From Geosiphon pyriformis uo1 (Eukaryota > Fungi > Glomeromycota): a stretch of DNA of 64,000 nt. A program made the position numbers and the translations under genes. How positions within the stretch are numbered: the stretch's first letter is position 1; the number at the start of each line of letters is the position of its first letter. Location: contig JAAOMT010000771.1 of the NCBI GenBank assembly GCA_016748015.1, forward strand, positions 66,443 to 130,442, given 5' to 3'. A model generated the notes under the pieces. The model did not search any database, had not been told where the DNA came from, and worked only from the letters and a program-made list of their open reading frames with translations. This document shows positions 37,780 to 49,659 of the stretch, piece after piece.

Positions 37780-38450
37780 ATCCAACAATTTACATCTCAA
37801 ATAGAGATTATAATTAATAAAAAAGAGATAAAATATAGAGAAAAGAGGAAGAAAGGGATGGACAAGAGTTCAACTAGAACTAACCGTTCTCATTCCTATG
37901 TACCACTCAAAAAGGAAAAAAAAGAATTAGAAAAAAAAAAATATACTTCTCAAGCAGGACAGGAAAGAAAAAAAGTTTATAAAAAAAAATACTTGGTCCC
38001 TGAGCTTAAAAAAATTAAAGAAGCTTTAACTTGTGGAACTGATCTTCCCAAAACAAAAGAATGGATGCTAAACAATGTCCAAAAATGAAAAGAAAGACTT
38101 TCTTCAGTATATTGGTTCTACAAAATCAGTAAACAGCTAGATTTGAAGACACTATATGATGATCTTAATCAGAAAACTTTTAACAAAGAAGCAATACAAC
38201 AAGTAAAAAAATTTTTAGGAAGAAGCAACCTAATGCTGCATTACAAAGCAGCATACTAACTGTATGCCACTTTTCAACATTGTTCAAACATACTGTTGTA
38301 CAAATCTATGAAGACTATAATAAGACAAACAACCAATCAATAGTTCAAAAACCTACAAAAAACAATACTCAACACAATAATCAAACATTACACGAAAAAA
38401 GCCATATTAACAAATACCTACAATTTTGCAAAAGCTTAATTCTAAAAAGG
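37780..38450 (+). pseudogene. Gypsy D accessory ORF3, decayed
   Basis: 'VYWFYKISKQLDLKTLYDDLNQKTFNKEAIQQVKKFLGRSNLMLHYKAAY*LYATFQHCSNILL..IRQTTNQ*FKNLQKTI'. Confidence 0.7.
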
Positions 38451-38458
38451 AGAGATAA
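38444..38458 (+). promoter_or_regulatory. Polypurine tract of Gypsy D
   Basis: AAAAAGGAGAGATAA immediately before the TG of the 3' LTR. Confidence 0.85.
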
Positions 38459-39071
38459 TGTTATCTGAGTAGAAAAACCGATTCAAAGTTATGAGAAAAA
38501 GTGACCAAAAACATGACATAACACAGAATAGCATAGAATAATATTGGATAATATGTTATAACTTAGGATAATGCAGAATAATGTGTCATAATGTAGGATA
38601 ACACAAAATAACATATAATAATACCAGATAACATATTATAATATAAGATAACACAGAATAACATGTAATAATACCAGATAACATGTTATAACATAGGATA
38701 ACTAGCAATAACATAGAAAAGCAAAGCAATAGCTAGCAATAGTGAGACAATTAAAAGCAAGCCTATAAAACCAAAAGAATATATAAAAGCAAATAGTTGT
38801 AGAAGTTGGAAAAAACAGACAGTTAGTTAGTAATCAATTTTTCTTTGTATTATATTTTTTATATATCTATAGTCTGAAATACAATAATTATTAAAAAAAA
38901 GAAACAAAAATCCAAATTACCAATTCATGTTCTCCAAATCTTATGAATTTTAATTGAAATTAAAATCAGTGTTTTCTACTTCTGTTCTAAGACAGATGCT
39001 ATTAGCATAAATGTCTCAAATCTTTAATAATTTGGACCAATCCCTCTTGATCATGGCAATTGATGGGAACT

Positions 39072-39105
<34 letters not shown>

Positions 39106-39509
39106 CTTTTTTTATTTTTTTTATTTTTTTGTTTGGAGTAACAACATAAGAAAATTGACTGTTTTAGAATAGACTTTGTAATAGCCTGATAAAAGAGAAA
39201 AGCTTCTCTTAGGTTTTTGGATATTAATGTTATCTTGTTAGCTTACTAGAAGAGTGAAAAGACAATGCCAAACTTTAATGACTGTGCTTATAAGCTCAAA
39301 AAAAAAAGTTCACATTTATAGAAAAATATTGCAATCAATGAAAAACAAACTCTGTGTCTTATAACCAAAGAACTCAATAGGTAAATTCACATTCAGAAAT
39401 AGACTTTTAGAGACTAATAACATTGATACTGTGAAAAACATACAACCTCGGAACACTAAATTAGAGCACCAAATGTTATCACCATACTCCACCAAGTTTA
39501 TCCATAACA
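38459..39509 (+). repeat. 3' LTR of Gypsy D
   Basis: Collinear with the 5' LTR and ends CATAACA. Confidence 0.95.
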
Positions 39510-42500
39510 CTGTAAACAGAATGATCATTAAAAATTGTTCCAGATTAATCTTTAAGAATATAAGAACCATTGTTTAAAACTTTGTTGACTATAAAGAGTC
39601 TTTTCCACTAATTAAAGAATTTATCACCATAAACATTGTCTTTGTCTGAATAGTATTCTAATACCAAGTTACCAATACTTAATGAAAGTGTTTTATATGG
39701 TTTCTTTTTTTTAAGCTTTTCTTGGAACTGTTTTATCTTTTCAAAGGCAATTATTCGTGTCTTTACCAATGTGTCAAGAATGGTACCAAGTTTTTTTTGC
39801 AGAATGTCTTTATAATTTTCTATTGTAATTTCTTTAAAGGGTATTGTTTTAATATTAGTTTCTATTGATATTGTTGCCATACATCTATAGAGCAGATAAA
39901 AAGGTTTATAATTTGTTATATCATGATTTACAGTTCTATAAGCAAACAAAGCTGAAGGAAGTACTTTGTACCATAAGTTTGTTTTTTTACTGGTTTTGGT
40001 TAAGGTTTTACATAGTGTTCTATTAAAACGTTCTACTAGACTATTTGTTTGAGGGTGATAAAAAGAAAAAAGTTTATGACATATTCCCATTTTTCTACAA
40101 AGTTCTTTAACCAGTGTACTAAGAAAAGCTCTTTTTCTATCAGATAAAAGTTCTTTGGAGCAGCTGTGATAACAAATAATATCTTTATAAATGAAATTGG
40201 CAATAGAGCCTGCTGTTTGATCTGGAGTGGCTCTTGCTTCTACCCACTTTATAAGATAGTTAGTAGTTGTGATAATGTATCTATTGCCATCAGGAGTTAT
40301 TATTAAAGATCTAATAACATCTATACCAATTTTGTTAAATGATTGGCCAATAGAAATTGGATGAATATCTTCTTTGTGATTTGGTTTTTCTCTTCTTTGG
40401 CAGGTGTTACAGGTTTTAATGTATTCAGCAATGTCTTTTTCCAAAGTAGACCAATAATAGTGAACTAAAGTTTTCTGGATTGTTTTTGTTTTTCCAAAGT
40501 GTTCAGTTAATAAATTAATGTGTATATTATAGATTACAATTTTTCTTTCTTCAAATCTTATAACTCTTTGGAGGTGGTCAGAATCTTTTTTGTTTCTTTT
40601 GTATAACTGGTTCTAATAGATCAAATAGAAATTTGATTGTTTGTGTAAATGTTCTCTTTGCTGTTGAGTGTAGTCTGGTGAGTATTGTCTTTTATCCAGA
40701 AATTCTATTAAGGCAGAGTAGTTGTCCAAGTCCATTATCGTGTTTGTTTGTAGGAAAGTTACTAATAATTAGGTTGGTTTGGTTTGAAAAGATTGTACTG
40801 TTACTGAATAGTAAGTCTAAAGAGAACATTGGCATTTTGATAATTAGCTTCTTTATAATGTTGAATGTCATAATTGAATTCATCCAAGTGAAGTATTCAG
40901 CAAGTTATCTATTTGTGTTCCAGTTTTTTTTTGTTGCATAGCCAAACCAAAGCTTGGTGATCTGTTACCACCAAAAACTTCATACCAAGAAGATATTTGT
41001 TCTAGTAACTTGTAATCCAAACTACTGCTAAGCATTTCTGCTTAATAACTAAGTAGTTTTGTTTTGCTGGTGTGAGAGTTCTATTGGTATATGCTATGGC
41101 ATGTTCTTTGTCATCTTCATCTTTTTGGGAAAGTACTGTACCAAGTTCATAGCCAGATGTATCAATATAAAGGATAAAAGATCAATTTAAATTAGGTTGT
41201 ATAAAAATAGATTCTGTAACCAGTTTTTTCTTTAAAATTTCAAAAGCTTTTTGTTGATAAGTGTTCCAGTGATAATTGACATTTTTTCTCAGTAGCTAAT
41301 TGAAAAGAGTGGCAATTTTAGAGAAATCCTTAACAAATTTGTGGTAATAAAAGGCCAAACCAAAGAAAGAGTGTAGTTTATGAACATTCATTAGTTGTCT
41401 AATGTTCTGAACTTTTCCAACTTTGGCTGGATCAGAGAAGATTTCATCTTTTGTAATAAAATGGCCAAAGAACTAGGTAAACTGGTGTCCAAAGAAAGAT
41501 TTGATTGAGTTGATCTTAAGGCCAATATTTCTGAGCAGATCAAAAACCTTTTGCAAATGTTCAAGGTGTTTATTTCAGGTTTTTGAGTATACTATTATAT
41601 CATCTAAGTAGACCAGAACAAAGTTTTCTGTTACTGATTCAAACACTTTGTTTATTAGGCATTAAAAGATGGGAGGAGCATTGGTGAGACCAAAAAACAT
41701 GACTGTAAATTTGTAAGTACCATACTTAGTAATGAAAACAGTTTTCTTTCTGCTTTCTGGATTCATTTCTACTTGCCAGAATCCAGCAGTTAGATCAATG
41801 GTTGAAAAGAAAACAGCACCATTGAATTGGTTTAGCATTGCATTAATCTTAAGAAGTGAGTACATGTCTCTTTTAGTGATGGCATTTAATTGGCAGTAGT
41901 CAACACAGAAGCATAAAATTCCACTTTTTTTAGCTGCCACTACAACTGAGAATGCTTATTTACTCTTGGTTTCTTGTGTGAATCCAAGATTTTTTATCTG
42001 GTTTATTTCTTTCTTAATGAATTTATTATTGTGACAATTGAACTAATAAGGCTTCAAATAAATGGGGCGAGTTTTTCTGGTGGTGATAGTGTGTTGTATT
42101 ACATGTGTCTGTCCAAGAGCATCACTTTTTTTTGATATAACTGGGCTGTTTTTAGTCAATAGATTTTCAATGTCCACTTTTCTTTCTTCTGAAGAGGGTT
42201 TTTTTTATTCTACTATTAGTAATTTAATCTCAGATGGTTCACTTTTAAAGGACTTTGGACTTTTTTTATTTCTTTGTGGGGTATCAAGCTGATTGGTTCC
42301 TAATTTTTGTAATAGATTAGACAGAACATGCATTCATTACTAGGAAAATACAATGATTTGTTACACTAGTACTAAGCACAAGGATCATGTTACCAATAAC
42401 TGTATTTTGCTTTCTTGCCAGATTTTCTGTCAAAGGTTCTTCTGAGTATGGGATAATAAGGCCAGCAGATCAATTTGCCATTGACAATGATTTCCTTTTT

Positions 42501-43300
42501 GTTTGCTTTGACATTATCCAATAGCTTGTCATTACTGGTAAAAATAATATAGGCCAGTTTAGCAGTTTCTTTTTGTTTTTCTTGTTTTTCTTGTTTTTCA
42601 CTTTTTTTATTATCTGATTTATCTGATTGTTCTTCTTTTTGGCTCTGCTTGGGTGCTGAAGGAGTTGTCCAATGATGACACTTAACCATAATGAGTTTTT
42701 TATTACATTTGATAGTCAGTTTACAAAATTTATAATCAAGTAGAGCTTTTGCTTTTTTGAGCCATTTATTACCAACAATGGTGATGTATTTTTTAGCTTT
42801 AAATATTTCCATGTCAGTTTCAATTCTAATGCCATTAATGTGAACAGAAACAGCTTTGGCTATACTCAGATCTTTTTTCTTATCACTATGCATATTGGTC
42901 ATTGGTCATGTAGATGGTTCATCAATCTTTCTGCCAATTGCTTCAAAGAAGTGTTTGGCAATAACACTGACAGATAATCTACTGTTTAAGATCAAGTCAA
43001 TAAAATAGCCAGCTACTTGAGCTTTGCAAAGATCTTTTCTGAATTGTGAATAGGTTATTAACTGGCCAAAGATGATGTGAGCTGGAGTTTTCATGAGATC
43101 TTTTACAACAGAATAGGTGCCAGATTTTTGTACACTTTCTGGGGATTTTAACTTTGAAAAATTCTTGAAAACTTTGGCTTTAGGTGGCTTATTGTTATTA
43201 GCAGTTAATATGGATGCTTTGTTTGGGTTCAAAACGAAATCAATCTTGGCTTTTTTCTTCTTTCTTGTTGTTTCTGAGGTGTTGATTGCTAGTTCATCCA
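39510..43300 (-). pseudogene. Gypsy C pol (PR, RT, RNase H, integrase), disrupted
   Basis: ORFs 39608-40444 (integrase core), 41662-41940 (RT) and 42390-43301 (protease and flanks). Confidence 0.92.
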
Positions 43301-44269
43301 TGTCATAGTCATTATTAGTTAGATTAAAAGTGTAAAAGAGGTTTTTTTCTGGTTGGCTTGCACTCTCACCTTTTGGAGGTGCACTTACTAGTTTAAAGGC
43401 TGATAAACAGTGGCTTCAGCCAGGGGATCCTCTCCAAAGAAATTAATGTTGGCATGCTTAACTACTGTTAAAACTCCCTTTTAGGAAGAATTATATGCTT
43501 TTTAGAGTAATATTACATAATCATTCTTTCAGGGTCTTTGATTGGAAGGAAACATAAAAACACATTTTCCGAGGAATTATAGCTAATAAGTTTAGAAACA
43601 GCTTTGAATGGCATTTTACTCGAAACACATGTGCATTAAGTACCTATGCATGATTCGAAAAATGTTAAATTTATAAATTTCATTATCTGTAAGAAGTGAG
43701 CTAATCTTTGAAATTAATAAGGATGAACTGCAAAAATATCAAAATATTAATACATTTCCAGGGGACGAAAATTTAATGCAAAAACATTTAACACAAACGA
43801 TTAAAATAAATGAATATATGCGTATGTCATAGCCATAGACATTGCCATTGCCTTGAAATTTTCAAGATTAAAAAGCCACAAGAAATTATAACTTGGGCTT
43901 CGAAAAATTTACTCTGAGGTTTACGTAAAAACTAATTTTGTTAAAGAATAAAAACGGCTCAATATGTTTAACGACCTTGAATGTGTTAGAATCGTTCTAA
44001 ATATCTATGAAATTTGAATCCAAGGATATGATAATCGAATAACAATATGATTTCAAAAGAGAAGTAATAATGAATATTGATATTGAATTATTCATATATA
44101 TCCCGTACAACAGAGTAGAAAATGGAATAAAAATCCAAAAAAGATTTCTTATTACTGTAGCTTAAATATTTAAATGCATGAACATAGCATGCATAGAATT
44201 GCAAACTTCAAAATATACGGATGATATGGTTATCGAAAAGCATTATATTATTAAAATTTATTTCTAAAT

Positions 44270-45430
44270 TTAGTAAAAGGAAAAAGAAGAGTTTTTATGA
44301 TTATTTGTGATATTTTTTACACATGGGCATAAATTACGAAGATTTTTTTTTAAATTAAGATGGACACATTGAAAATTCTCTTTTGATGTGGAAGAATGAA
44401 GACTCGTTGACTTGGGCTTGATATGTTTTCTAATGATTAGAAAAAGGAAGGGAATGGCTGGTTGGAGCATGTAAAATAGTCTTTGGATGGTGATGCCACC
44501 AAAGAAATGTGTGGTGTTGGCAACGATATGTCCGGTTTATTAGTGATCAATTGAATTGACATTTGATTTCTTGGAGGACTTGAACTGGTTGTTGATAAGT
44601 TGTGAATTTGTAGAGGTGAGGAATGACGTAGATGCTGATATTTTTCAATATCTATGATGATGGTTTAGATTGCTTCTTGTGCCAGCTGATAATTTTCATT
44701 TGATAAAACAACTGTTGAATTATGGAGATTTTATTGATTTTCTGAACATGGGTCATTCGGAACAATTGTGTTCGATACTTATTACTGTTTTTGAACTCAT
44801 TGCGCTTTCTTAAAGCAAACGCCGAAGTTTTTATTTAGGTAACCTTTTCGCGATTGGTGAGGGTTGAAAGTCATAGAAGAGGCATTGGAGGTTCAACCCG
44901 TTTACTCGTAACTTTTCCAATGAATTATGAAATAATAGTTTATCAACTTTTGAAAAATTGACATAACGAAAAGCACATCTTTGAGTTAACAAGCGCGAAG
45001 TTTTCATTTGATAAGTATTTTTAATCGTTTCAAAATCATAAAAAATTTTTACAAACATGAGATAACAGAGCATTTTCGCTGAATTGATTTCGTATGCATG
45101 CTTCTTCTTCGCAGAGCATGAGACGAATGGTTTCAAGAGAATTTTTAGAATTTGCTAGCTGATTACTAAAATTGAAAATTCTACAAGTATCATGTCGACG
45201 ATAAAATTTGGAGCTGGATTGATCATTATTGAGTGATTGAACATAACAATTTACAATCAAGAAAGTATCTTGTCCCTTATTGCTGAAAAAATGAAGTTAT
45301 AACTGATAAAGAATTCTGGAACAGCTCAAGACCATTGGTTAATCATAACGATGATATGAAAATTGCGAGAGATCGATCAAAAGCTTGTTTCGCGGCGAGT
45401 AAGTTAACTTGCGACTGTTGGCAAATTATG
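44270..45430 (-). pseudogene. Frameshifted gene remnant, unknown product
   Basis: Overlapping coding-like frames (44831-45136, 45036-45260) and an S/P/Q-rich tail. No family recognised. Confidence 0.35.
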
Positions 45431-46149
45431 TTTAGAATAAATTAAAAGAAAAATATGGGTGTAAAATTTGAAAGATTGAAAACCAGGTCAAAATGTAAGC
45501 TTTATTTTATCAATTTTAACCGTTGAAAATCAAGAAAGACGAGACCTTAATACCCTTTGTTTGAGATATTCTCTATTAAAAAGTTTCAACGGGATCTGAA
45601 AGCAAAGTTCACAGAAGAACTAAAGTTTTTGTGTGTCTGAAACTAAAAGAGATTATGGTGAAGACCTATGATTTACATTTCCAGAATTTCTGAATATTCT
45701 AAATTAAGCATGTATTTAAAAAATTTTAACCCACTATTCCCATTGTCCTCCCAATAAATTTTTGTGATCTAAATACTGCTTATAAACAATTTTATATATG
45801 GGCATTCATTTACTTTAAAGTATTAGGATGGTTTTTTAAATGCCTAATATCAAACAATTTTTAGTTCAATGTACATTTATATATTAAAACAAGTTTAATT
45901 TTTGTTGTTGTTGAAATAAACTTTCAGGTTTCATTCAATCGAAAATATGAAGCAATTGAATTTTGAATTTGAACTTTGTCAAAAGTCGGGAATGTTTGAC
46001 AACGATACGAGAATGTGTTTTTGTGGTCTAATACAGATATACTGGAAATACAATGATCTTGAATTAATGTTGAGATGACGGAATTCCAAAATTTTCTGAT
46101 GAAACTCAAAGTATTCGAAAAATAGAAGCTGTCAGATTTCCTTTTAATT

Positions 46150-46590
46150 AAACTATGGTCTTTATTAGGAACACGATATTTACAATAAAAGCATCATGCC
46201 ATATTTTTCTACGATAAAAATTCAACAATTAGAAAACTTGAATTGAATCAGTCAGTTTCCTTTTGAGATGATTTCTCAAATTGACAAAAAATTAACATCA
46301 TCCATTTATGCCAGATATTAACTTTCCTTAATTTTTTTTATGTCACCCATAACATCATTAGATGTAAAATCTAAATTTCCTAGAGAATTTGAATTAACAC
46401 TTTGAGGAAACGTTTCTCGGTATAGTTTGCATGACTGCATCCCATTATTATGAGGCAGGGATTTTTTATTGGGGCTTTGATTGATCCAATTCTATTGAAT
46501 TCTGTAGGAACCGGACAAAGTGTAATTTAATAATTCCAAGAATGGTGTAATGGAAAAATCTATTTTTTAGAGCTCTTGGGCCACCATTAT
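46150..46590 (-). pseudogene. Probable HMG-box gene remnant
   Basis: Across frameshifts: 'IKAPIKNPCLII..MQSCKLYRETF..IWHKWM..CQFEKSSQKETD*FN', resembling HMG helices 1-3. Confidence 0.35.
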
Positions 46591-47704
46591 CTGTGAATAA
46601 ACTTAAATTTTATTTTCACTAACTTTAAAAATTCATTTAAATATATAACATAATGAAACGAAGTATTGATTGAGTTGCCATTGTAACATGTACAAGCAAT
46701 TAAAAAATATAATGACAAATTGAGTTCACACATTCAAGAAAATCATAAAAATGTTTCTGATTTTTAATAAACAAATATGAAAACCCAAGTTTAAACAAAA
46801 TATTTCCTTTTTAAATATCTTAATGAGAGCAATTACCTTGATAAGAATTTTTTATTTTAGAATTCTGATTTTTCATTCTTGAAATGATTTAGTATTGAGT
46901 CGATTGATATCAATGTATTATCAGTAAATTTTACAAAGGAACAATTGTTTAGAATTTGCATTTTTTTTTTTGATGGTAAAAAAATGGGATAAAAAGCTTT
47001 AACAATAATAATCATGATGATGAAATTTAAAGACTTTTCTATAAAAAATTCATTATTTTTTAAGGAGACTAAAAGGAAGCTAATTTAAATTTTCTTTATT
47101 TCCATAGAAATTGATATTAAGAATAGTATATTAATTTAGATTTTAACAATTTAAACTATTTGGAAAGATGCTGCTTGATGAAGTTTTTCTATTCAAACAT
47201 TTGGTATTAAATGAAATCTAATTTTTATCTCCCCGGACTTTCTTACTTGGATTGATTTATTCATTGATTATTAATACGCGATTTAAAATTTTAAATCCAT
47301 TATTATTTTTTTCTAGTGCATATATATGTTAGAAAAATCTGCCTTTGTAAAACCTATTGGAATAATAATTATCATAAATTAATAAATGTTCAATTGAGTG
47401 ATCAGATAAACATGACATAAGCAGGGCGTTTATTCTCAAAAATTTCATAATCTTATACTTTAACACAATAATTTTGGTTTCATTGGCAGTGATCCTAATA
47501 TTTCTAATATAAACTCTTTCTCGCAAAACCATGAATTTTTTATACCATTCAATATTAGCCCAAGTAATAATAGACTAAATGCCACTTTGTCATCAAACTA
47601 TGGTGAATCCCATGGAAACCAGACATTTAATCTACAATAACATTTCAATTACCTTCAAAAAAGTCCAAATTTGGGTGGGAGTATGAATCATTTGTCCTAA
47701 ATAC

Positions 47705-47770
47705 TCAAACAACAACATAAACCAAAATTTCAACAAGAACAACAATAGCAACAGCAACAACAACACCATA
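47705..47770 (+). repeat. Imperfect (CAA)n microsatellite
   Basis: CAACAAGAACAACAATAGCAACAGCAACAACAACAC. Confidence 0.7.
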
Positions 47771-48289
47771 AATCATATTCCTTATAACAACATAACCCAA
47801 ATTTTTATTTAATGTTAATTCTCAGTTTGCAATTGTAGAACAAGAATAAGCATTTCTTAAGCTTATCCTTTTTCATCTTACCTTTTCCTTTGAAACTTAA
47901 AATCTAAAAAAATTTGAATAATTCTTCCTTATTAATAGTTCATACCTTTTATTACAAAGTTATATCATTTTAATTCATTATGAAAATTTAAGTAATAGGT
48001 CTATCCAATAAGTAGCAAACCATTAAGAATATATTTTCTATCGTATTCAAATCTGTTTAATAGTTGATTACAGTAAAAAAAAAAATGTTATTTGACTTTT
48101 AGGTTAACAAATTAGTTTTTTAGAAATGATAATGATCTATAAGAATGAGCTTAGTTTAACTTTAATATTAAATTAATAACATATAAAATATTACAAATTT
48201 AATAAATTTTGATAGAGTAATTATATTAACATGAAATATAAAACATCAAATGGGCTAATAATTAACATAAAGAGCTAATAGGCATTTTC

Positions 48290-48858
48290 AAATCCAGTAA
48301 AAAGTCAATGTTCTACGAATTGTTGAATCATGTTGCCTTTTATTAGGCTGCATCCAAAGATAAGTCTTTCAAAAATACTTGCGTCTGTAGGACTTGAAAA
48401 TTAGGAACTTACTTTGTCAGACCAGATTATCTGCTTCCAGTCTTCAATAGTCTAATTTTTATGTTTTTGGTGCAAAAATAATTCGTTGTTTTTGATATAT
48501 ATATTTTTTAGGTAAGGTTTTTTTAAATTCTTACTTGTAAACCATTAGGCTACGAACGGTCTCAACACTTAAATTAATGTTATTGTTGATTTCATTCTTT
48601 TTTTGAATTTCCATTGCTGTTGAATATTCTTGAGTAGAAAAATAAGATGAACAAATTTTCGTTGATCACGTTTAGTCAAAAGTTGTAGACGTCCAGATCT
48701 ATGTTTATTTATGAAACTAACAGTTTCATTTTCTAAGTTTTTTATGCGTATTAGCGTAGATTGTGTTAAACCTTCACGAGAAGCAATTTTTTGGTAGAAT
48801 ATCCTTCTTCAATAAGGGTATATATTCTTAAGCATTTTTCTATAGAAATACGGTTCAT
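48290..48858 (-). mobile_element. Tc1/mariner transposase relic (N-terminal HTH domains to first catalytic Asp)
   Basis: Across frameshifts: 'MNRISIEKCLRIYTLIEEGYST..KIASREGLTQSTLIRIK..RSGRLQLLTKRDQRKFV..LSVETVR..KKPYL..HKN*TIEDWKQIIWSD'. A TA-CAGT at 48069-48074 may be one end. Confidence 0.8.
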
Positions 48859-49659
48859 AATAATTTTTTTTATGACAAAAAGATTGTTAATTCATTTCTG
48901 AGAACTCTCTTCCAGGTTATCTATATATAATCAAAGAAAAAATTCTTCTCTTGAATCATTTATATTTTTATGCATAACATATAGTTTTGGAATTTTTATC
49001 TTTTTTTTTTAGTTTTGCATCTCAACTTTTAATCACCAATCTCTAATTTTCGGTACGTTCCAATTGTTTGGTTTCTCTGATATGTTATAGTTTTTGATAT
49101 CAATAGACTATTTCTCAAAGAACAATTGCAAAAAATTAAATTAAAAATAAAAGCTCAAGATTTTCAAAGTAAAAGTGGATGAATTTTACATTTATATTAT
49201 TGTTAAAACGGGAAAGTTAGATAATTATGAGCATCATATTATTGTTTTTGTAAAATCCAAATACATGCATATCCCAAATGATTAAATTCTTTATAATGTT
49301 TCCAAAAAATCTTATAAATTGCTTAAAAACTCCCTTTTTGATAAAAGATTAATATTTAATGAATTATTATTCTTTGAAATAAAAATTTGAAAAATGCAAT
49401 TAGTAGTTTATTATTTTTTATAAAAATATGTCAATAAATACTTGAAACATTAATATATGAGTTTTCATATTAATTGGTTATGTTACAGTTGAAAACTGGT
49501 GGGTTTCAAAAACATATTGAATATCTAATGAAAATAAAAATAATTCATAAAGTTACAATATCAAGACACAGGTTTTTAAATAAGTTAAATACCTAATAGA
49601 AACAGAAATCTTTCTTGTTATTAACGTTGCAAACTGAGTTAAAATTCATTCACATAATT

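Larger units (their letters stand above)
30124..39509 (+). mobile_element. Full-length Ty3/Gypsy element D (LTR-gag-PR-dUTPase-RT-RH-IN-ORF3-LTR), decayed
   Basis: Paired ~1.03-1.05 kb LTRs with TG...CA ends, PBS, PPT, and a 4-bp TSD CTAT/CTGT. Confidence 0.97.
28665..43480 (-). mobile_element. Ty3/Gypsy element C (5'-truncated, no dUTPase), interrupted by element D
   Basis: Protease (LILNSRLSVSVI), RT (VYLDD), RNase H and integrase at 39510-43300. The integrase tail continues at 30123 in frame, then ORF3, PPT GAAGAGGATGA (29366-29376) and LTR. Confidence 0.9.

Noticed and set aside
37780-38450. ORF3 as a true envelope gene
   Set aside because: It is short, with no signal peptide, TM helix, Cys pattern or furin site visible.
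47600-47900. Poly-Q protein gene
   Set aside because: The frame is interrupted by several stops and has no other coding support, so it is reported only as a microsatellite.
48071-49080. Tc1 terminal inverted repeats
   Set aside because: TA-CAGT at 48069 fits, but no convincing matching inverted end was found near 49.0-49.1 kb.
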